Made by a program: the position numbers and the translations under genes. A DNA stretch of 44,390 bases from a virus, in IMG/VR virus record IMGVR_UViG_3300030503_000223; one strand, 5' to 3'. The notes under the pieces were generated by a model. The model was not told the origin of the DNA. It saw nothing but the letters and a program-made list of their open reading frames with translations, and did no database searches. Positions 39,384 through 44,390 of this stretch are shown here, piece after piece (position 1 is the stretch's first letter; every line of letters begins with the position of its first letter).

Positions 39384-41075
39384 ATGTCATTACTCGATCA
39401 GTACAAAGAAGCCTGTAACTTCCCGGGCAAACTCGATGTAGCCGCTGTTGAGAAATCACTGGCGGCTTACTGCTCAGCGCTGGGCGTCAGACGGGAGATC
39501 GTCCGCTTGCCCAGGGGCTGGTCGCTGGAGAAGTATCCACCCCTGTCAAAAATGATCCACGAGGTTCTGACGGACTTCGAGAAGCGTTCGGGGCGTAAGC
39601 CCAGCGCCGCCCTCGACGCCCTCGACGCCCGCGCCGCCCACGCCGCCAGCGACGCCCACGACGCCCACGACGCCCGCGCCGCCCACGACGCCCACGACGC
39701 CCTCGACGCCCACGACGCCCGCGCCGCCCACGACGCCCTCGACGCCCACGACGCCCGCGCCGCCCGCGCCGCCCGCGCCGCCCACGACGCCCACGACGCC
39801 CTCGCCGCCCTCGACGCCCGCGCCGCCCGCGCCGCCCGCGCCGCCCTCGACGCCCGCGACGCCCGCGCCGCCCGCGCCGCCCTCGACGCCCGCGCCGCCC
39901 ACGACGCCCTCGCCGCCCACGACGCCCTCGCCGCCCACGACGCCAGCGCCGCCCGCGCCGCCCTCGCCGCCCGCGCCGCCCACGACGCCCACGACGCCCG
40001 CGCCGCCCTCGACGCCCGCGCCGCCCACGACGCCCTCGCCGCCCACGACGCCCTCGCCGCCCACGACGCCCTCGCCGCCCACGACGCCCTCGCCGCCCAC
40101 GACGCCCTCGACGCCAGCGCCGCCAGCGACGCCCGCGACGCCCTCGCCGCCCTCGCCGCCCGCGACGCCCTCGACGCCCGCGCCGCCCGCGCCGCCAGCG
40201 CCGCCCACGCCGCCCTCGACGCCAGCGACGCCAGCGACGCCCGCGCCGCCCGCGCCGCCCGCGCCGCCCACGACGCCAGCGCCGCCCGCGCCGCCCTCGC
40301 CGCCAGCGCCGCCAGCGACGCCCTCGTTACTTTCTCACCGCTACACAGTTTTGCAGAGTGGTGCATCTATCGGCGCACCTGGTGGTGGACTGGTGAATTG
40401 TCCTGGTTCAGCACGACGCACGTAGGTGCGGTGCAATTACAGAAGCCGACTGTGCTTCATTGGAGCCAGCACGTATTCGATGCCTACGTTTCAGGGGCAT
40501 GGCTGCTGGTATGGACAGACACCACCTTGTACTGGATCGCAAAACCCACCGTGACGACAGAGCTTGTGAATGGTCGCAGACAACTGCACAACGCGACCGG
40601 TCCGACCTTGGAGTGCGACGTGCAGAATCTCTACTTCTGGCACGGCGTGATGGTGCCGGCGTTCGTGGTAGTGAAGCCTGAGTGGATTACGCTCAAGCAT
40701 ATCGAGACCGAGGACAATGCCGAAGTACGCCGCGTGATGATCGAGCGTTATGGTACGGCGCGATACATCAAGGATTCAGGGGCTGAAGTGGTTCACGAAC
40801 TTCCGGACAACTATTACGTCAAGGGGCTGCAAGGCGCGAAGCTTTATCGCAAACCGCGCAAGGATGATTCAGACATCATCATGATCTCGGTCGCCAACTC
40901 CACGCCAGAGCCCGACGGTAGCATCAAGCAGTACATGCTGCGCATACAGCCCGACGCGTACAACGGAGCAGCGGCCAAGGATTGTCACGCGGCCATGGCG
41001 TCTACGTGGCGGCGGCAGGATGGGACGCTGTATTTCAGCAAGCCGCAGGACTACCGCCCCGAGTTTGAATCATGA
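39384..41075 (+). CDS. Tripartite protein: 73-aa N-terminal region, 240-aa (X-[D/A]-A)x80 repeat, 251-aa Trp-rich C-terminal domain
   Basis: ATG 39384 with a GAGGGGGAAG RBS. The tracked 5' extension overlaps the previous gene. The C-terminal domain (HNATGPTLECD..YFWHGVMVP...ITLKHIETEDNAEVRRVMIERYG) resembles an uncharacterised domain I believe is Pfam DUF6745. Confidence 0.75.
   Translation: MSLLDQYKEACNFPGKLDVAAVEKSLAAYCSALGVRREIVRLPRGWSLEKYPPLSKMIHEVLTDFEKRSGRKPSAALDALDARAAHAASDAHDAHDARAAHDAHDALDAHDARAAHDALDAHDARAARAARAAHDAHDALAALDARAARAARAALDARDARAARAALDARAAHDALAAHDALAAHDASAARAALAARAAHDAHDARAALDARAAHDALAAHDALAAHDALAAHDALAAHDALDASAASDARDALAALAARDALDARAARAASAAHAALDASDASDARAARAARAAHDASAARAALAASAASDALVTFSPLHSFAEWCIYRRTWWWTGELSWFSTTHVGAVQLQKPTVLHWSQHVFDAYVSGAWLLVWTDTTLYWIAKPTVTTELVNGRRQLHNATGPTLECDVQNLYFWHGVMVPAFVVVKPEWITLKHIETEDNAEVRRVMIERYGTARYIKDSGAEVVHELPDNYYVKGLQGAKLYRKPRKDDSDIIMISVANSTPEPDGSIKQYMLRIQPDAYNGAAAKDCHAAMASTWRRQDGTLYFSKPQDYRPEFES
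39603..40322 (+). repeat. 80 tandem 9-bp units [CTC|CGC|CAC|AGC][GAC|GCC]GCC, in frame, with no indels
   Basis: Parsed codon by codon from the sequence and consistent with the ORF-track translation. Confidence 0.95.
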
Positions 41076-41383
41076 GCGCAGAGCATCGGGCTGAAGATCA
41101 GCGGGTCGTTTGTTCCGCGGTGCGGCACGCCGACGGCCGGATGGTCTGCGGCCCTCGGCACCTAGACGGCATCATGTGGGCTCAGATCCTAGGGATGACC
41201 TACGAGGACTTCGCGCGCCTTCAGCGGCTGAACGCCCTGCCGCCCTTGCCGGACGAAGCCAAAGGGTGGGCGAAAGCCGAGCAGGGATTCATTGACCAGT
41301 TCGGGACGTTCCTTACGCGCGAGGAAGCCGCCAAGATCGTCGGGAAGCCCTCGGGCGTGCTCTACAGCGAGGATCTTTATTAA
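41072..41383 (+). CDS. Hypothetical protein
   Basis: 103 aa, ATGA-coupled. VVCSAVRHADGRMVCGPRH...EQGFIDQFGTFLTREEAAKI...LYSEDLY resembles a recurrent phage family of unknown function. Confidence 0.5.
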   Translation: MSAEHRAEDQRVVCSAVRHADGRMVCGPRHLDGIMWAQILGMTYEDFARLQRLNALPPLPDEAKGWAKAEQGFIDQFGTFLTREEAAKIVGKPSGVLYSEDLY

Positions 41384-41724
41384 TGCCTGCTCCGCTGTCA
41401 TCGAAACCGTTTAACGGCCTAACCGAGGCTGAGGCAGAACAGACGCTCGTGTGCGATGCGCATCCAGATTGCGATTGGTCAGGCCCCATGGCAGAGACCG
41501 TTGAGGTCGATACTCTAATCTGCTGCCCAAAGTGCAAGTCCGCCGTAACTACGGCCCGGGGCCTCAGCACGCAGGAATATAGGGCCGTGTGGCGAGTCCT
41601 GCGCCTTGTAGACGGCTATCTGAGTGAAATGCCGCAGGAGACCTTACACGGGCACGGGGGCGGCTTTATGACAATAGCCGAGCTTCGGCAACACGTTCAG
41701 GGGGCACTGGGATTACTGGAATAG
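41383..41724 (+). CDS. Hypothetical Cys-cluster protein
   Basis: 113 aa. CDAHPDCDW...CCPKCKS. Start overlaps the upstream stop (TAATG). Confidence 0.45.
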   Translation: MPAPLSSKPFNGLTEAEAEQTLVCDAHPDCDWSGPMAETVEVDTLICCPKCKSAVTTARGLSTQEYRAVWRVLRLVDGYLSEMPQETLHGHGGGFMTIAELRQHVQGALGLLE

Positions 41725-41729
41725 CTCAC

Positions 41730-42155
41730 ATGACCAAGGATCATCGACTCAAAGGGGCTCTGGCGAACATAGAGCGCCGTGCTCAGGCTGGCGGAAACGC
41801 CTTCAACGAGTTCTGGCCGGCCGAAAGGCTGGTGGACTTCAAGGCGTCCCGGACCATGTACCAGCGGGCCAATCATCAGCTCTACTTCCGGTTTATCTCA
41901 GCCTCACAGCCGGTTATCTACGGGCCAGCCCCGGTGCTGCCGGTGGGGACTCTCCTGCCCGGAGACCTCGGTACCGGCATGGGGCCCTACAAGCGTCCGG
42001 GGCAGGTCTTCGGTGAGCGCGATCCTGTGAGCCCGTACCTGACCTCGCGCGCCGCCGCTGTCCCACCGCTGCTGAGTTTGCCCAGTAAAGCCCCCGCCGC
42101 TGTCCCACCGCCTCAGTCCCTCCAAGGCCCCGCCTATGCAGCCGCGTCCTGGTGA
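41730..42155 (+). CDS. Hypothetical protein with Pro-rich tail
   Basis: 141 aa. Contains an in-frame 18-bp direct repeat. Confidence 0.45.
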   Translation: MTKDHRLKGALANIERRAQAGGNAFNEFWPAERLVDFKASRTMYQRANHQLYFRFISASQPVIYGPAPVLPVGTLLPGDLGTGMGPYKRPGQVFGERDPVSPYLTSRAAAVPPLLSLPSKAPAAVPPPQSLQGPAYAAASW

Positions 42156-42221
42156 AGGCCCGTGCCCGCTGTGCGGGCGCACGGACGCCCACAGTCACTA
42201 TTCAGGGCCTTGGTGGATGAC

Positions 42222-42596
42222 ATGAGCGAGCAGCCGACTTCAAATCTTGTGAGCACGCTGCGGGAAGTATTGCGCGCTGACCCGGCACGAGATAGTCGCA
42301 ATGTCCGCCTTGCCCTGAGCGACGCCATAGGCGAGATCGAGCGGCTTCGGGCAGCGCTGGAGCGCATCATGCACGGCCATAACGTCCATGCCGAGGACAT
42401 GCAGAAGCTGGCGGCGGCAACGCTAGCAGGAGCACCGGACGACTCGTCCGACGGACCCGGCGAGGAAGATGGGCCGTGGGCTGCTGGCTATAACGAACGC
42501 GCCGGACTATGCCCGCACGGCATGAGGCTCGCTGACAACACCTGCGGACCGTGCTCCAAGGGACTACCGAATAAAACAAAACCGGAGCATCCATGA
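42222..42596 (+). CDS. Hypothetical protein
   Basis: 124 aa from ATG 42222. The upstream extension is Arg/Ala-rich and unlikely to be coding. Confidence 0.45.
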   Translation: MSEQPTSNLVSTLREVLRADPARDSRNVRLALSDAIGEIERLRAALERIMHGHNVHAEDMQKLAAATLAGAPDDSSDGPGEEDGPWAAGYNERAGLCPHGMRLADNTCGPCSKGLPNKTKPEHP

Positions 42597-42850
42597 GGAT
42601 CATCTACGGCAACGGCCCAACCAAGTATGGTCCAGGCGTTGATATCCGGCTGACCGGCGACGAGGTAGCCATTGCGATTATGGCTTGGCTGGTCGCCAAA
42701 GGCGTTCACGTCGATGGCCCCCGGACGGTCACGGTCAACGGCGAGTTGTGCAATAACGGGCGCGTGTACGTAGATCCCTCCGGCTTCGCCATCACTCCAA
42801 AGGGTCGGAAGCTATCAGGCAGAGGCGCTGAGAACGGGTCCAATGAATAA
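42593..42850 (+). CDS. Hypothetical protein
   Basis: 85 aa, ATGA-coupled. Confidence 0.45.
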   Translation: MRIIYGNGPTKYGPGVDIRLTGDEVAIAIMAWLVAKGVHVDGPRTVTVNGELCNNGRVYVDPSGFAITPKGRKLSGRGAENGSNE

Positions 42851-43049
42851 AATCAACCAGAGGTGGGAGCAGTTCACCGCAGAAGCCGAGCGCCGGGGTT
42901 GCGATGTGCGGGTGGCTTACCACACAGACAGCGGCATCTGGCACGCTCTGGATCGTTCCAAGGCGCCTGCGCGTGTACCTTTAGGTCAGTGGACTGATGT
43001 TGAGGGTGGGACTGCCGAATGGTTGGCGGAGAATGGGCAAGAACCATGA
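42843..43049 (+). CDS. Hypothetical protein
   Basis: 68 aa. Overlaps the upstream gene by 8 nt. Confidence 0.45.
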   Translation: MNKINQRWEQFTAEAERRGCDVRVAYHTDSGIWHALDRSKAPARVPLGQWTDVEGGTAEWLAENGQEP

Positions 43050-43165
43050 TGCATGAGATACGAGTGTGGCTTGGTGGGTGCCTTTTGGTCGGCGGTTGGG
43101 CGGTCGCTGCTGAAATCGCAAAATGGCTTGGGGCCCATTGGGCGTTCGAACTTCGCCGGCACTGA
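43046..43165 (+). CDS. 39-aa putative membrane peptide, below the ORF-track cut-off
   Basis: Hand translation: MMHEIRVWLGGCLLVGGWAVAAEIAKWLGAHWAFELRRH. ATGA-coupled upstream. Its stop directly abuts the next ATG (43166). Confidence 0.35.
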   Translation: MMHEIRVWLGGCLLVGGWAVAAEIAKWLGAHWAFELRRH

Positions 43166-43477
43166 ATGAACATCCTGCAGCTACTCGACAGGCGTCCTGA
43201 CGTACCGCTCAAATTGCGGCTCATGGCTGTTCAGGGTGGCCTCTGCTGGATTTGTCACAAGCCGATCTGTTTGGAGAAGGGCTGCATGAACTATGCCACT
43301 AGGGACCATATACAGCCGGTGAAGCATGGCGGCACAGCGCAATCAAATATTCTGCTGGCTCATTTCGCCTGCAATGTCGCGAGACAGGCCCCGAAGCTAA
43401 TGGAAAAGCGCAGAACCTATATGGAGTGGGCGCTCTCGCGCGTCAGGCGAGCAGCTCCAACCGTGTCAGATGAATAG
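43166..43477 (+). CDS. HNH endonuclease (small, phage-type)
   Basis: 103 aa. CWICHKPI...DHIQPVKHGGTAQSNILLAHFACN is an HNH motif. Confidence 0.75.
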   Translation: MNILQLLDRRPDVPLKLRLMAVQGGLCWICHKPICLEKGCMNYATRDHIQPVKHGGTAQSNILLAHFACNVARQAPKLMEKRRTYMEWALSRVRRAAPTVSDE

Positions 43478-43491
43478 AAATCCGGTTGAGC

Positions 43492-43701
43492 ATGCTTGAT
43501 TTCATACGCGCATGGATCTGGCTACCGTCCCGCGAGGGGAAGTCCTACGGCTTCGCCTCGGGCTCTGAGCGCAGACGCTGGTTCGAGCGCGGGTCGGTGG
43601 AGGTTAACGGGCGGAAAGCGGCTGCGGACGATCCGTGGCCCTCAGAAACAGATAGTGTCGTACTGCATCCCAGTGGCCGGCACAGAACGACACTCGTTTA
43701 G
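43492..43701 (+). CDS. Hypothetical protein, possibly S4-like RNA-binding fold
   Basis: 69 aa from ATG 43492. GFASGSERRRWFERGSVEVNGRK weakly resembles the S4-domain pattern (SKSEARRLI.QGGV.VNG.K). Confidence 0.35.
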   Translation: MLDFIRAWIWLPSREGKSYGFASGSERRRWFERGSVEVNGRKAAADDPWPSETDSVVLHPSGRHRTTLV

Positions 43702-43713
43702 AGACTCCGCACC

Positions 43714-43818
43714 ATGAATCTAGAAGTAGATGCGCCGCATGGGTTCGACTGGCGTGAATGTGTGAGGGAATGCATCACTAGCGCACGCTCAGCCGTAACC
43801 GTGGACGTTAAGCCATGA
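43714..43818 (+). CDS. 34-aa micro-ORF
   Basis: Hand translation: MNLEVDAPHGFDWRECVRECITSARSAVTVDVKP. Its stop overlaps the next ATG (ATGA). Confidence 0.3.
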   Translation: MNLEVDAPHGFDWRECVRECITSARSAVTVDVKP

Positions 43819-43955
43819 TAATACCTACGGCTGGGTGGATTTTGGCCCGCAGCTATCAGCTGGCGCGGTTCGATGTCACTAACGAGTTTGGCGTGCGTTT
43901 GGTCGGTTGGGCCTATATCGGCCCACCGGAATCACAGTCCGAGGGACAGAAATGA
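43815..43955 (+). CDS. 46-aa micro-ORF
   Basis: Hand translation: MIIPTAGWILARSYQLARFDVTNEFGVRLVGWAYIGPPESQSEGQK. ATGA-coupled at both ends. Confidence 0.3.
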   Translation: MIIPTAGWILARSYQLARFDVTNEFGVRLVGWAYIGPPESQSEGQK

Positions 43956-44233
43956 GATATGAGACTCGTTGGCGTCGCCGCGCTAGAGAGCGCGAACAAT
44001 GGCACGTCAAATTCGCTCTGTTCCCAAGGGAGATTGGTGCCGAGAGCGTATGGCTAGAGAATTATTGGCGTCGATGGTGTCCTGGGCCTTATGTGACTGA
44101 AGATGACCGCATAGACGCTATCTATGCCGCAATGGCCGGATGTAATTGGGGCTATTGGGAATACAGTTTGCAGCCCCCGAAGTCGCCCGATAGGGACGAG
44201 AAAGTTGTTTCCATAAGAAGGCTCACCGTTTAA
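43952..44233 (+). CDS. Hypothetical Trp/Arg-rich protein, last rightward gene
   Basis: 93 aa from ATG 43952, ATGA-coupled. Confidence 0.45.
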   Translation: MRYETRWRRRAREREQWHVKFALFPREIGAESVWLENYWRRWCPGPYVTEDDRIDAIYAAMAGCNWGYWEYSLQPPKSPDRDEKVVSIRRLTV

Positions 44234-44250
44234 CTCAAGTCCTGAGCAGG

Positions 44251-44284
44251 AAATAAAAACAATTCGCCCTCCCCTGCGCGGCGA
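44251..44284 (-). terminator. Candidate terminator at the convergence of the two transcription directions (spans the contig junction)
   Basis: On the minus strand, after the stop of ORF 36-335: TCGCC-(11 nt)-GGCGA followed by ATTGTTTTTATTT. The stem is short, only 5 bp. Confidence 0.35.
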
Positions 44285-44390
44285 CGAAAGGGAAATTCCT
44301 ACTTTTCGTCCTTGCCGTTCTTCTCGAAGATTTTGGCGGCTTCTAGACGATCAGGATGGAAGAGCAAGTCCCTAGTCGACCAAATGATCT
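44264..44390. repeat. Terminal direct repeat, copy 2 (identical to 1-127)
   Basis: Exact identity to the first 127 bases. Confidence 0.9.

Noticed and set aside
39603-40322. Possible CRISPR array, or the variable region of a diversity-generating retroelement.
   Set aside because: The units are contiguous 9-mers with no spacers. No cas genes, reverse transcriptase or template-repeat copy was seen elsewhere in the window. The variation is not adenine-specific.
39467-40366. Minus-strand ORFs (299 aa at 39467-40366 and 241 aa at 39546-40271) across the 9-bp repeat array.
   Set aside because: The repeat contains no stop codon in several frames, so open frames are automatic. Only the plus-strand frame connects to a start with an RBS and to a convincing globular C-terminal domain.
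1-44390. Lysogeny module (integrase, excision partner, attP) or plasmid-prophage partition genes.
   Set aside because: No ORF shows tyrosine- or serine-recombinase, ParA/ParB or telomerase hallmarks on reading the translations. Absence cannot be proven without HMM searches.

Overview
The first 127 bp are identical to the last 127 bp, so the window is a circularly closed contig with about 44,263 bp of unique sequence. It is a complete, GC-rich, tailed dsDNA phage genome. All family and domain names below come from reading the translations and from memory of family signatures; no database search was run.

Layout:
- **Switch region (34.4-34.5 kb):** two divergent, near-consensus promoters.
- **Leftward cluster (about 34 kb, minus strand), very tightly packed:** small XRE repressor, HTH protein, O-like and P-like replication genes, RusA, small and large terminase, an unusual roughly 8-kb accessory block, portal, scaffold, major capsid protein, podovirus-type tail tubular and internal-virion proteins, a beta-helix tail fibre, and a lysis cassette. 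The lysis cassette holds a GH24 endolysin, a holin and an embedded Rz/Rz1-type spanin pair. No tape measure or sheath gene is present. The spanins and an SSB ending in DDDIPF point to a Gram-negative host.
- **Rightward early cluster (34.55-44.23 kb, plus strand):** SSB, two HNH endonucleases, a DUF1364-like protein, a solo TnpB element and many small proteins of unknown function.
- No integrase, partition genes, tRNA, CRISPR array or reverse transcriptase was recognised.

Most notable observations:
1. An early gene contains 80 perfectly phased 9-bp units built from only eight unit types, with no synonymous variation.
2. The TnpB lacks the canonical RuvC-II glutamate and has a candidate relocated one. 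It is flanked by an 8-bp direct repeat whose removal recreates an ATGA-coupled gene junction.
3. The genetic switch is mirror-symmetric, with a leaderless repressor and six ATAGG half-sites.
4. Iteron-like 10-bp-phased repeats lie inside the O-like gene.
5. An 8-kb block of unusual genes sits between terminase and portal.
6. An antisense HTH gene splits the late operon.
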